From NCBI RefSeq assembly GCF_036588685.1, contig NC_086379.1, positions 58,838,001 to 58,902,000 on the forward strand: DNA of 64,000 nt, written 5' to 3'. The stretch is from Mytilus trossulus. Taxonomy: Eukaryota. The notes beneath the pieces were generated by a model that searched no databases, was not told the DNA's origin, and worked only from the letters and a program-made list of their open reading frames with translations. Shown here one piece after another: positions 37,749 to 51,012 of this stretch (the stretch's first letter is position 1; each line of letters opens with the position of its first letter). Made by a program: the position numbers and the translations under genes.

Positions 37749-38582
37749 CTGTTTGCATAGCATAAATTGTTCTAAATAATAAGGATATTCTTATCCCAAG
37801 CATAAAAACATAGCCGTATTTGACACAACCTTTTTCAACTTTTAATCTTCAGTGCTGTACAACTTTGTACTTTTTCACATTCCATCTTTTATATCTGGGC
37901 GTCACTGGTGAGTCTTGTGTGGACGAGGCGGGTTTTGGCGTATTGAATTTTAAACCTGATGCTTTTTGTTATAGATCTTTTAATCATATGATTCTTTGCC
38001 TAATACGTTCTCCTATTTATTTGTATTGTAGTCATGTAATTTAATGTTGTCATTCCAATGTTATATTTAACATTGTCATTAAAGTGCGAGGTTTGCCATG
38101 CCACAAAATCAGGTTCAACCCACCATTTTTATCTTTAAAAATGTCCTGTACCTAGTCAGGAAAATGGCCATTGTTATATCGTAATTCGTGTCTGTGTGTG
38201 TAACATTTTCACCTTGTGTTTCCGTTGTGTCGTTTGTTTTCTCTAATATTTGAGTGTGAATTCACATTACTATAAGACGTGTCACGGTATTTTTCTATCC
38301 CAAATTCATGTTTTTGGTTTTGATGTTATATTTGTTATTCTTATCGGATTTTGTCTAATGCTTAGTCCGTTTTTGATGCGTTTTGTTATTTGATTTTGCC
38401 ATGTGATTATGGACTTTCCGTATTGATTTTCCTCTGAGTTCAGTATTTTTGTGATTTTAATGTTGTGTCGTTGTTCTCTTATATTTAATGCGTTTCCCTC
38501 AGTGGTAGTTTGTTAACCCAATTTTGTTTTTTTCCAAATATTTACGAGTTTTGAATAGCGGTATACTACTGTTGCCGTTATT
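37749..38582 (+). mobile_element. Composite repeat (family B): degenerate hammerhead followed by a twister-like motif
   Basis: Highly similar to 42695-43461. Hammerhead remnant at 37899-37940, twister-like motif at ~38074-38170. Confidence 0.8.
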
Positions 38583-39566
38583 TATATGGTCTTTGCATCG
38601 GAAATAAACATATTTATCCCAAAACCAGTTGTTGGGATGATACGGGTTATGTTCTTTTCAAACACTTTATGATGGCATGATACTTAACCCCTAACGGGAC
38701 AAGTTTGAATGAGGTCTGAAGCTGGTATGTAAGTTACTGCTAGTAGTCCTTTGCTTAGTTGAGTGGAACCCTTACACGTTCGTCCAGCTGTAAGATTAAC
38801 GTTCGGTTCCGCATTTCTTGTTCATCTAAATTGTATAACTCATTGCGTAATGCTATCACCTACAATCACAGACAGACGTTGAATTCGGGAAGTGAGTCGC
38901 TACATTTCGTACTGATGTTGTTTGTCATCTTAAAAACGTGTTTTATTGTTCTTTCATTTGTTTTTGTTCTATTTGTAATATTACTTTTACTGTTGGATTG
39001 ATTTATGTGATATCTATTTAACGTGGCTCGGTACTTATACATCCCGTCAATTTGTTTGTGTTGTCTTTCATTTTTTGGTGGTTTGTTTTGTATATTGGAC
39101 TTTTTGTATTTCTTTGGTTCCTATAACTTGACTCTGTACTTAAAAATATTCAATCAGTATGATATTATTTATTTTATGAATTACAAAATACGTTGAGCCA
39201 CAAACGTCAAAATCATTCAATCGCGCAGAAGAATGTGTGGGTTTTTTTTGGAAAAAAAAGTTTGTTTCACCCTCAGCTGCCACTTTATGTAATGCTAAAG
39301 TTGAAAGAAAAAAATTGTTTTCGACTTGTCGCGAAAAAAATAGATTGCGGTGGGGAAAAAAAAATTGTCCAGAAAAAAAACATACCCCCCCCCCCCCCCC
39401 CCCCCCCCGAAAATCAAATGGTTGCTGCCTTACACGATGATAACTGCTGTACCCATATTTTTGACTTTTATTTTTTGTATCTTTTTAGTTAAAGCATCAT
39501 TGTAAATATAACGGAATTTAACGAGACTTTTATATAAGCTTTGGATTTCAAATATGTTGGCCACGA

Positions 39567-39610
39567 GCATTACTGAAGAGACATGTATTGTCGAAATGCG
39601 CATCTGGTGC
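39567..39610 (+). ncRNA. Minimal type I hammerhead ribozyme (AUC cleavage triplet)
   Basis: GCAUUA-CUGAAGA-GACA(UGUAU)UGUC-GAAA-UGCGC-AUC-UGGUGC. All helices pair and helix III contains the palindrome UGCGCA. Confidence 0.85.
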
Positions 39611-39898
39611 AGAAAAATTGGTACCGTTAATTTTAATACTACCACTTGGTCGATGTCTCTGCTGGTGGACTGTTAGTCCCCGAGGGTTTCACCAGCCCAG
39701 CCATATGAAAATGAGGAGGTTTTTTTGTGTTATTTAAACTTGCTGTAACATAATGTTTGAAATTATGATTAATGAAGGAATGTATCTCCCTCATGCAAAG
39801 CTCTGAATCCTGTCAAGGATTTGGCTATACTTTTTGAACCTTTTGGTTTACAGCTCTTCGTCTTTTATATAAGCTTTGAATTTCAAAGATTTTGGTCG

Positions 39899-39936
39899 CT
39901 GAAGAGACATGTATTGTCGAAATGCGCATCTGGTGC
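39899..39936 (+). ncRNA. Second family C hammerhead (core intact, 5' arm of helix I deleted)
   Basis: Core identical to 39573-39610, but the upstream GCATTA is missing. Confidence 0.65.
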
Positions 39937-40164
39937 AGGGAAATTGGTACTGTTAATTTTATTTGATCATCAAAGTGAGAGGGTTAGCGCTATAGGTTTA
40001 ATCCACCATTTTCTACATTTGAAAATGCCTGTACCAAGTCAAGAATATGACAGTTCTTGTCCATTCGTTTTTATGTGTTTTGTTGTTGGATTTTGCCGTG
40101 TGATTATGGACTTTCCGAATTGATTTTCCTCTAAGTGCAGTATTTTTGTGATTTTACTTCTAGA

Positions 40165-40640
40165 CTTTAACCTGTGCGAATTACAAACGCGCATTTTTAC
40201 ACCAGTACTGAAAACCTACCATCCTTTATGGGTGGATTTTACTTTTTAAAAAAAATTCGTGTAATATAGCAAAAAAAGAATGTTAAACTTGATGTAAGCC
40301 TTTTTGTGCTTTTTCGTTACATTTGTTGTTTTTATAGTGATTAAGATGATAACACAATGTTGACTGATGTACCCCTATTTTTGACATGTTTACTTATTGT
40401 GTCTGTTTGTTTTGTTCACGCATCGTTGCCAATGTTATGGAATTTGATGCGACTGTCATACAAGTGAGAGGTTTAGCTAGCTATAAAACAAGGTTCAATC
40501 CATCATTTTCTACATAAGACATGTCTGTACCAAGTCAGGAATATGATAGTTGTTATCCATTCGTTTGATGTGTTTGAACTTTTGATTTTGCCATTTGATT
40601 TGGGACTTTCCTTTTTTAATTTTCCTCTGAGTTCAGTATT
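40165..40640 (+). mobile_element. Dispersed repeat with a twister-like motif at 40452-40550
   Basis: Reverse complement homolog of 23610-24090. Confidence 0.8.
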
Positions 40641-42694
40641 TTTGTGTTTTTACTTTTTTATAACTTAGAAGTTTTAATAGTTTTTTGTTTCCACAGTCTT
40701 ACTTTAGTTTACCTCGTTCACATTTTATGAAATAAAACACAATACTTAGATCCAAACCTTGCCGACAGATTCTCATTTGGGTAGTAAGTAAATAACCGTT
40801 CTAGAGGAATACCCTTTGAATTTTTTTATAAATTTCTAACTAAAGTTTAGCTCCTTTTAATTTTATGAAAATCGTGCACAATTGTTTTAAAGCAAACTTG
40901 AGCGCGGCTACTATTCTTCTGTTGTTTGTCAACTAATATTTAGTTGTAGGGCTTTTGCTCAAATTCAAGTATTTTTGGAAAATCATTAGCAACTTTGAGG
41001 GTTGGTTTTGTTTTTTAAAACATAATAAATTTGAAGCAAAACGAGTATGATATTTAAATTTTTTTTAAAAGTGATGTTTATTTTTGAAAGATTTATAATT
41101 ATTCATTGAACTTCCGAGTTAAAATGACCCGAAAATTAATTTCTTCTTCTTTGTAACCTCCATAGGAACGATCAGATACAGATGTTTTGTTGTTTTTAAA
41201 TTAGATCCAGTTTTACTAGTGGAAACATAAATATGTCCCTGGGAAATAGTGAGACAACACTGTTGTTTAATCTTACGGTTTGTAATTGTGTTCATAAAAC
41301 CTCTTCAACGATTCAATTAAAATTTTGAGTGAACATTAAACTGCCTTAACAGTTTTTATGACAGTAATAATGTCCTATCAAGAAAGAACATGTGTAAGAT
41401 ACAAGCTTAAGAATAGCGGATTAACTGTGATTAAATATCATTGTCATGAGAAATCGTTATACCAATTATCAAAAAGAGAGAGAAAAAAATCAGAAGGAAA
41501 CCTAAATCAACAAGCTTTACATTCAATACAGATTATAACAAATTTATTGCATAATAAAATAACCTTTTACCTTGAACTTTCTTAGGGATATTAAAACATA
41601 TCTCCATCAATAGTGTAACAAGGTTTCTACTTATGAGGCATTCATGTCATCATTCTCACTGGAATCAACTTTTTTTTGTATCTTTGTAACTTTTCAGTTG
41701 GTCTAAAATACTATATGTAAAACGAGTAAACAACCATTCACATCCTTTTTATTAAGATCAGGCGCCTGCACTACTACAATTTCACATATAATGCAAGTTT
41801 TCAAAATCTTATTCAGCAGTGTTACTCTTTGATAAAAAAGGTTTATCGTGATTTAACATTTTATAACATGTTATTATGAAATTAAATTAAATACCGCTTT
41901 AGGTCAGAAATTAAATGAAATAAACACATATTTAAATCAATGTATTGCTAAGGACTTGAGCGTTTACACGGGATGCCAAAATAGCATATGGCAAAACCAA
42001 AGGTACTTTATTTGAATGATTTGCAACACGTGACTTTGTCCCTTTTGATCAAATTACTTCCCTTAGATTAAGTCGGATAATCCAGTCCTTTTCCGTCATG
42101 TACCTAAAACTAATGTATCTTTAAAAACTCCCTATGGCGGAAATTTACTAAATTGCTAAGTAATTTTAATGGAAAATTATTAAAATTTGACTTTTTACGA
42201 AATGGGAAGGTTGAAATCAACATCTTTTTAAAAGAATTTGCCTGAAAACGTAAGAAAGCAGGTAAGTAAAAAGTTATTTAAATTTAAAATTCAACCTACA
42301 AGGTGTTTTCCTATATGCGAACAAATCATGAACAAAATCTTCATGCATGTGTGTTTCTGTCTTCAATCTTGCTATTTTACGATTTACTGCATTTTGATTG
42401 ATCTTAATATATCAATTACACAACGGTTAAGCTTCCGATTTTCTAAACTTAAAAGACCGAAAGATTTCCGAGTATACAATGACCATTGGTACACGGACAG
42501 AAGCCTAAATCATGTAAAATTCACCTTATGCCAACAAATTATTCATTCTACATAGGTATTTGTATATTGACATTTTTATTTTAAGGGCTTATATAATATT
42601 ATTGTAAAGGCTTCCGTCATGATAAGGCAAAATGGCCGCTATGCAAATTTGCAAATAACCCAAATTTTGCAATATGGTTTAAATTTTGCAATTT

Positions 42695-43461
42695 CTGTTT
42701 GCATAGCATAAAGTGTTCTTAGTGATAAGGATGTTATTATCCAAGCATAAAAACATAGCCGTATTTGACACAACCTTTTTCAACTTTTGATCTTCAGTGC
42801 TGTACAACTTTGTACTTTTTTCACTTTCGAACTTTTATATCTGGGCGTCACTGGTGAGTCTTGTGTGGACGAGGCGCGTTTTTGGCGTATTGAATTTTAA
42901 ACCTGATGCATTTTGTTATAGATCTACTAATCATGTGTTTCTTTGTCTAATACGTTCTCCTATTTATTTGTATTGTAGTCCTGTAATATTATTTTGTCAT
43001 TTCAATGTTATATTTAACATTGCCATTAAAGTGCGAGGTTTGACATGCCACAAAATCAGGTTCAACCCACCATTTTTATCTTTAAAAATGTCCTGGGCCA
43101 AGTCAGGAAAAATGGCCATTGTTATATTATAGTTCTTCTCTGTGTGTGTAACATTTTAATGTTGTGTTTCCGTTGTGTCGTTTGTTTTCTCGTATATTTA
43201 AGTGAATTCACATTACTATAAGACGTGTCACGGTACTTTTCTATCCCAAGTTCATGTATTTGGTTTTGATGTTATATTTGTTATTCGCATCAGATTTTGT
43301 CTAATGCTTTGTCCGTTTCTTTGAGTGTTACATTTTAATGTTGTGTCGTTGTTCTCTTATATTTAATGCGTTTTCCTCAGCTTTAGTTTGTTACCCCAAT
43401 TTTGCTATTTGTCCGAAGATTTACGAGTTTGAACAGCGGTATACTACTGTTGGCTTTATTC
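42695..43461 (+). mobile_element. Composite repeat family B, second copy
   Basis: Hammerhead remnant at 42846-42887 and twister-like motif at ~43021-43118. Aligns with 37749-38582. Confidence 0.8.
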
Positions 43462-43601
43462 AAACTTCCATATCAAATTTTTGTTTTATAGTATTCTAGC
43501 ACACCATAGATAAAATATACCTGGGAGACGTTTAGAATGCATTAGTCAATAACATAGCAAAAAAAGTTCGTGGTCATTGAAAAGAAAAAATGAAATTAGT
43601 A

Positions 43602-44694
43602 CAGAGACGTGCCAAAAGTATTCGGTCACATTGGCGTCTTGTTCATGTTGTTAAAGATGACTGACTTTTAAATGGCCTTGCCCCACGTCTTTCACTTCAC
43701 TGCATGTACTAATATTTTAGCGTTGTGCATCACATGGGCTACCGTCTTGTGACGTTTGATGTCGTCTGCCATTATAATTTAAAAACAAGTACAATAACAA
43801 GTTGGGTAGAAAAGGTCAGGAACTGTCAACTGATGTCAAAAACGTGATTGTGGATTGTTCCAGAAAGGGGTTTCTCGTCAGAAAATTTCTGACATACTTA
43901 AAATTCCCAGGTCAGCAGTTATTGACATGTATGGAAATTGTTAGGCACAGGTTCTGTGGAGAATATACAAAGAAGTGGCCGACCATTATTTGTAAAACTT
44001 CGCGACTAACGCAAGCTAGAACGCATTGTAAAGACAAGTCGGAGGAGTTATTTGTGTGACATGACAAACCAGGTTTAATGAAGAAAGTTGTGTTCCCGTG
44101 TCTAAATATACCATTCAACACCATTTACATAAACATGGGTATCACAGGTGTTAATAAGAAAAAAAATTGTTATCAGGGAAGTCAATTGGAAAAAGAGACT
44201 TGCGTGGTGTTTGCGTATGAGACGAAGGGTGGAGACCGGACCTTGTTCAACCCAGGACATCACAAACAAAATATCAAGTCATGATTTATAGTTGTATTGG
44301 CTGGAATGGCGTAGGTTCACTTACTACTGTAGCAGGCAATATAAATTAATGCTGCTAAATATCAAGAAATACTTGATGAACATCTATTGTGGCCAGTGTT
44401 AGCAATGCATTTTCCAGGAGGAAATTATCTTTTCCAGGATGACAATGCCACTGTCTATCGTGCACAGTTCACCCAAGAGTTTATAGCTCGGAGGGAATAA
44501 ACGGTATGAGCTTGCCTGTACAGGATATTAAATGTATTGAAGCTCAAAGGATATTTAACCAAGTATTAAAGTTAAATTTTTATTGTTGTATGTCATTGGT
44601 TGGATTATTTACAGCACAATCATGAACTTTGCAACTTTCGTTTTGAAACATAAACACGCCGCCATTGTGACCGAATACGTTTTGTACGTCTCTG
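43602..44694 (+). mobile_element. Decayed Tc1/mariner (Tc1-like) transposon
   Basis: TA|CAGAGACGT..CAAAA.GTATTCGGTCACA TIRs at both ends with a TA TSD. Frameshifted transposase: GRKGQELSTDVK (HTH start), CIGWNGVG, NAAKYQEIL, YLFQDDNA. Confidence 0.9.
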
Positions 44695-47574
44695 TATATG
44701 ACACTGTCTTACAATGAAGAGGTTTATCTTGAAATACAACCAGGTTTATCCCTCCATTTCTACATCAGAAATGCTGTACCAGTTGTCTTACAATCGTATG
44801 ATGTGTGTGAGCTTTTGATTTTTTCATTTCACATTCTGATTTGAATATACTAGAGTTCAGTATTTTGGAGTTTTCATACTTTTTATACCTCGGAAGTTAC
44901 ATTATATTTTTCACAATTCATTCTTTACGAAATTTCAATAATCTAAAACCACATTCCAAGACTTGCACATTCAGATGTCTATAAATGATGTCTTTGTTTT
45001 TTATTATTTTTTTTTTATAAAGTTCTTGCATCTCATTATATCTTATGAGATTTGAGATTCATGGATTTATTAATATTTAAAGAGATGTGGTATGATTGGC
45101 AATTCGACAATTATCAACTTAATATAACATACGTTCAAATCACTTTACTAACAAACGAAATATGACAGACATGAACAACGGCAACTACTGGACTACTCCT
45201 GACTTATTACTGGCACATACAATGTAAAGAATGTGGTCGGGTAAACATATAATAATGAACGGTTTTTTTTAGCGTATAAACCCCCTCCATTATTAACCTG
45301 GGGCAGTGATGTAACTAACAGTGCTCCATATTAAGGACAAGCTATAACAATAACTTGCAATTGGCTTTTCTAAAAAGATAGGTACTTCTGAAGCAAGAGG
45401 ACCTGTCACATATATACTCATTGTCATATAAATTTTTTAAAATGCACTTCTGGTCACTTCGCCTCTGATTGTGTTTTTAGGGGTAACACGACAGGTGTCA
45501 TACGTAGAACAGGATCTGCTAAAAATTATTAGCACTATACGTGTAGCATACTCAAAACCACAAACACATGATTGCATTTGCTCTAATCTCTTTTTTTTAA
45601 ATGTGCATTAAAATTTGCCACTGGACGTTAGGCAAGATGCAATCGTTCAATTAAACTTTCATTCAAAAAGAAGTTATAAACAGCGATGATATATTGTGTA
45701 GGTTAATAAATTGCCCTTTCAATAAAATCGATAAATAGTATGTACTATGTGAACAGTCATTACAGTATATTTTCTTAGAAATGAGGGACGAATTACCAAA
45801 TGGACAGTCAAACTCATAAATCTAAAACAAACTGACAACGCCATGGCTAAAAATGAAAAAAAAACAGAAAAACAATTGTACACATGCCACAACATAAAAA
45901 ACTAAAGAATAAACAACACGAACCCCACCAAAAACCATATAGAAAGATACATGTGCATTGTGTAGACATCAAACGAATATGATAATGAAGTTTATTACAT
46001 AAAAGTTGTCTGAAGCATGTAAATTTGCTTCAGCTGCGTTCGTATCTTATGTGATTATTTGTTTATTTTTAACGAAAACTGTTTGATAAATCATGTGCAA
46101 TCGCAACATATGTATCAGTAGCACATGCATACTATAATGTTGGAAGACAATCTGATACGTAATTAAGACTGAGTAATTGTCATATAATGATTATAATATA
46201 CTTTGAACCCCAAATCCTTTGGGTTGAGACATTTGTAAAACAAATAAAAGTACAGTACTATGAGTTTGTTAACACGCAGATGTCAATCAAGAATTGGGGA
46301 CCTTCACTTGGTGAATGTATGGAAATGGCTCTTATATTGTGCAGTCACACTGGTGGTTTAGGTATTACTTTTTAACAATTGTCTACACCTACAGTTGAGC
46401 ACGACTTCGACAGGTAAGATGTGAGGTGTCGTCTCAAAAATAAAAAGTGAACATAATACTATTCATCATTATTGGATGTATTGCTTGAAATTAATTTGAT
46501 TGGCAATGATACAATTTTCTACCGTTGTCCAAAAAACATGGAATTTTTTTTTAAATTTAGAATAAAGACGATTAACTTTAAAAAAGAAGAGAAACAAATC
46601 GATCTCTGATCGTCTTAAAGGGAATCACTTATGAAAACGAAGAACAAAATGTTACATAATTAACTAAACAGTTAATATAGTTTTATTGACCAAATCAACA
46701 TTATCAAATCTAGAAAAGGGATATAGTTTGCCTCCAATGAGTTGATTATCGGCATTTATTTTTTTATATTATCGTCTTTTGTCTATAATGACGACACTCA
46801 AACGATTAACTGCAATTGGCTTTATCCTACAATAATTGAATATCAAATTTTAATGGTCAGCTAGTACTTTAAAGGGGCATCAATTATGAAATTCATGTTC
46901 ACAGATAGATTTGACCAAAAATCTAATATTTGATTTATCACATACAAAACGTCTCAGTAAAAATGAAAGGAAACAAGACAACTAAAGACTAAGCAACACG
47001 AACCCCAACAAACACTTGGGGTGATCTCAGGTGCTCCGGAAGGGTAGGCGTATTCTGCTCCAAATGTGGATATTATTTTTTCTTAACTCATGATTGCATC
47101 TGCACGTGTATTAGTATAAAAAGCATTAAAGTTACATTCGTCCATTAAAATCAGGCTAAAAATACAAGCTTTTAAGCACTTCATTGAAGTTTGTTTTTTT
47201 CATTTGAATGTTGAATGAAGCCTGAATGAATATTTGAGCTACTATACTTTTATTTTTGTGTAGCTATTTACAGCAAAACAGTTGACAAAAAGTAAAAATC
47301 ACAAAAAAACTGAACTCCGAGGAAAATTCAAAACGGACAGTCCATAATCAAAAAACAAATTAAAAAGCTCAAACACATCGAACGAATGAATGAAAACTGT
47401 CATATTCCTGACTTTGTACTGGAATTTTCTTATGCAGAAAACGGTGACTTGAACCTGGTTTTAAAGCTAAGAAAAAATCTGAATTGTGTGACAGTCGCAT
47501 CAAATTCCATTATATTGACAACAAAATTGTCTGGCACTGTGTTTATTATTTAACAGGTTAACAACATAAGTAAA

Positions 47575-48106
47575 AGAGGGACAGTCAAACTCATAAATTG
47601 AAAATAAACTGACAACGCCTGGCTAAAATTGACAGAAGACAATCAAACAATAGAACACATGGCACAACATAGAAAACTAAAGAATAAGCAACACGAACCC
47701 CAACAAAAAATAGTTTGATCTCAGGTGTTCCTGAAGGGTTAGCCGAAACTGCTCCACATGTAGCACCCGTCGTGTTGCTTATGTTATAAAATCCGGTAAA
47801 TAGTCTTATTCGGAAGGTCACATTCATCATATCCGATATCATTTGTGAAACATTATTCCATAACGGGCAACCAACTCGTGATAGCGTCCTTTAAATGTAC
47901 GCAGGGATGATTTCAACTTCACCATTTAGAACTCTTGGTTTAATAGCTTTTTTGTGAGCAGCATTCCTCTCTCAAGAAAATCATGATAGGAAATGCAAGC
48001 ACTGGAATATCGTATCAATTGGGGCATATATACCCCTTATGCAGGTGCTGCTGGAATGTTGCTACTTAGAAATGGAGGGTCACAATTGGAAAGCTGAAAT
48101 CATCTC
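47575..48106 (-). mobile_element. PLE RT C-terminus plus 3' region
   Basis: Minus strand reads DDFSFPIV..FLSSNIPAAPA.GVY..QLIRYS.ACISYHDFLERG.LLTKKLLNQ, followed by the structured 3' motif. Confidence 0.8.
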
Positions 48107-49301
48107 AGATAATTTACAGATTATGTTATTGCTTTTACAACCTGCAATATAAAATTGTGATCTGTCAGCTACCATAAAACAATTGGGTCTTTGGGTAGAA
48201 TTATTTTTAATGCAAATGCAAGTGAACAAAACACACTTAAGTTTAAGCTGTAAAACTACTGCATCTCTTTTCTTTAGTGTTGTTTCTTATTAATTATTTA
48301 TAAATGTTGATGTAAATGTTTTTTGGGTTTTTGAGTCTTACTTTACTCCTTGGTTTTGATTGCTATTGACTTCCTACCAAAGGTTAGTTTAGGGGCCTGG
48401 TGAGTTATTTTCGTTCTTTGTGATCAGCGCATTTTCGCTATCATTATCCGTTCTCATATAGATTTTTATATATATATATATTCGTGATCCGTGATCATGG
48501 AAATTTATTTTCTGTGAATCGTAATCGACAAATAATCAACTCGTTGATCATGATAGGACCGCCCCATCAGACCCCTCTTAGTTGTTATCTGGACTCACAG
48601 GCTTTCTTCGCAAGAAAGTGGCACTTAGTGCTGAATGTGGCGTTAAAACAGCAATCCATAAATCATTCAATCTCACAATGTAACGGTTATCTACCCAATA
48701 ACCCCCTACAGATTGCCAGCAACCTTTATATCAGAACTTAACTAATGAGTTTATTGTAAATGGTCTGGTTCTTGCATATATGGACATTAATCCAGACTAT
48801 TATAAAGGATCATATCAAAACAGTACATTATATATGTTTTAATTTACCATTGTTTTAAAATCCTAAGTTGTATTCTTGAAATCTAGCAATATCTTCTCGT
48901 AACAATTTAACTAAATGTCACCGTTCTGTACATTTTAACAACAATAAAAGCTAAATCTACATTTACAGTTGCAAACATGTCAGATATGGTCTGCATTAAT
49001 CTGAATAAATATAGCTATTGAAAGCGTTTTCAAAATATTAATTTTGACCAAAACGCCTAGCTTTCATGGTGTTGAAATTTACAAATTGACCCTGCATGTG
49101 TTTACCTAGCCACGAAGCTATATCTTAGAATCACTGGTAAAAGCGTGTTCGTATTAATTTATACAGTCACTTTTTCGGAGTATGAAGTTTATGAACTACG
49201 AACGACTGGTGCATTTAAACCACAATATGTGATAAGATAGATTGACATATCACTGTCTAAAAGCACTAAATGAAATTTGGAATACCAAATATTAACAATA
49301 T

Positions 49302-49649
49302 TCACACAGAATTAGATCCTGATTGCGATCCCGAATGGCCATTTCTAGTGCTCAATGTCATTGTCATCGTATGTTCTTCAAGAAGAGAGTTTGTTCTTCT
49401 AGCTTTCTTGCAACAACATGTCGCAAATATTTTATAAAATCCTCGACGAAATGTTTTATTCATCCAGACATATACAAACGGGTTGTAACAGGCATGACTC
49501 ATCGCAAGCCAGAATGAGGTATTCCATATCAGTTTTGTGTATTCCTGCTCGTAAAGCCTAGGATCATAGTCTCCTACTAATGTTACAATATGAATCGGTA
49601 GCCAACACATTCCATAAACAAGTACCACAATTATCATCATCTTTACCAT
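49302..49649 (-). CDS. Luqin/RYamide-type neuropeptide GPCR, last coding exon (TM6-TM7, C-tail)
   Basis: MVKMM..CWLP..WLAMSHACYNPFVY..CCCKK. AG acceptor at 49651-49650 joins the upstream exon in phase 0. Confidence 0.93.
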   Translation of the reverse strand: MVKMMIIVVLVYGMCWLPIHIVTLVGDYDPRLYEQEYTKLIWNTSFWLAMSHACYNPFVYVWMNKTFRRGFYKIFATCCCKKARRTNSLLEEHTMTMTLSTRNGHSGSQSGSNSV

Positions 49650-50719
49650 CTGTAATTATAAATATTGATATACATTATAAATTCATCATGATTCCAAACT
49701 TACATTATCTATGTACTTTGAGTACATGTTGCTCATTAAAGTTTGAATTACCAATACTTTAGACGATCGATATAATCTTCAACATATGAAACTTATTGTC
49801 TATCCTTAAAAACAAGTTATTGTTTAATTTAAGTTTACATGTTCTAGGAGATATTTGAGGGACATTTGACTATGCGTCATTATATTCGTGAAGAATTAAT
49901 GTTCATTGGTAAATGTTTATCATGAATTTAACAAAACACATATTTTGAGTCTTGCATATTGATTTTGTCGATATAACGAAATTTTAATCCACGAAACATG
50001 TCTAACATAGATACAGGAAGATGTGGTATGAGTGCCAATGAGACAATTCTCCCTCCAAGTAACAATTTATAAAAGTAAACCATTATAGGTCAAGGTATGG
50101 CCTTCAAAACGGAGCCTTACATGCTTACTTGAGTCTATTAACGGAAGAACTCGTAACAGACCTAATCAACAACTGTGTCCCTAAAATCATGCGGAAGTTC
50201 ATTGATATTCGACTCCACAAGAACACTACAAACAACTGAAATGTTTAGGAATATCCATATGACGAAGTTATGATGAGGTATGGTTTGAACTTTTTTTTTC
50301 TCTGGAAATAAGAAATTAAGTAACATTCTTTCAAAATAGTTAATTTTATTGATATGCAAGTACGATGAAATACTCTGAATACTTTTTAAGCAGACATTTT
50401 AATGTTGAAATAACTAAGGTCTTATTGGTGTCATAAACTTGTTAAATTTGACAAATTTGTTTAAATATACAATTTTACTCATTGTTTTTGCAACATAAGA
50501 TAATAACCAAGGGGTCTTAAACAAAAATATAGTTTAGCATGATAAACATCGTTGTTAGAAGATATGCTATATACAGCAACAACAATGTTTCACATAAATT
50601 ATGTTGATATATTATTTGGGTGTGTATGGCTATCTTTGATATATTAATGACAATTAAAAAACTGGAGCTTTCTTGCAAGTTTTTGCAATTGCGCATCAAG
50701 TTCAAATAGTTTAAAGCTC

Positions 50720-51012
50720 AAGGAGCTACTATTTGATTTTTATTGGGGGTAGGAGCTGCTGGGTGTAGGTTCTACGATGAACAATGTTGTCCTGTATTGT
50801 TTATTCAGTTGTAATCTGGTCCTGCATTCTTATTTTCACTTCAATCGGTTCTGCCTTTTTTTATTAGTTTATCCTGACTTTCGTTTTAAATTAATTGTTA
50901 TTTGCAAAGTGTCTCATCCTTTCTTTTTTTTAAGTCAAACGTCCTGTTCTGCCTTTTTTCTTCAAATTTCACCCTAGCCTCCCCCTCCTTAAAAACAAAT
51001 GGTAACTCCCTT
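50720..51012. mobile_element. Small MITE remnant in the GPCR intron
   Basis: Inverted ends AAGGAGCTACTATTTG / CAAATGGTAACTCCCTT. Confidence 0.5.

Larger units (their letters stand above)
39530..39962 (+). mobile_element. Retrozyme family C: tandem unit bounded by two hammerheads 326 nt apart
   Basis: CTGAAGAGACATGTATTGTCGAAATGCGCATCTGGTGC at 39573 and 39899. Confidence 0.85.

Noticed and set aside
39193-39492. Polyproline ORFs
   Set aside because: They result from a poly-C tract inside a MITE remnant.
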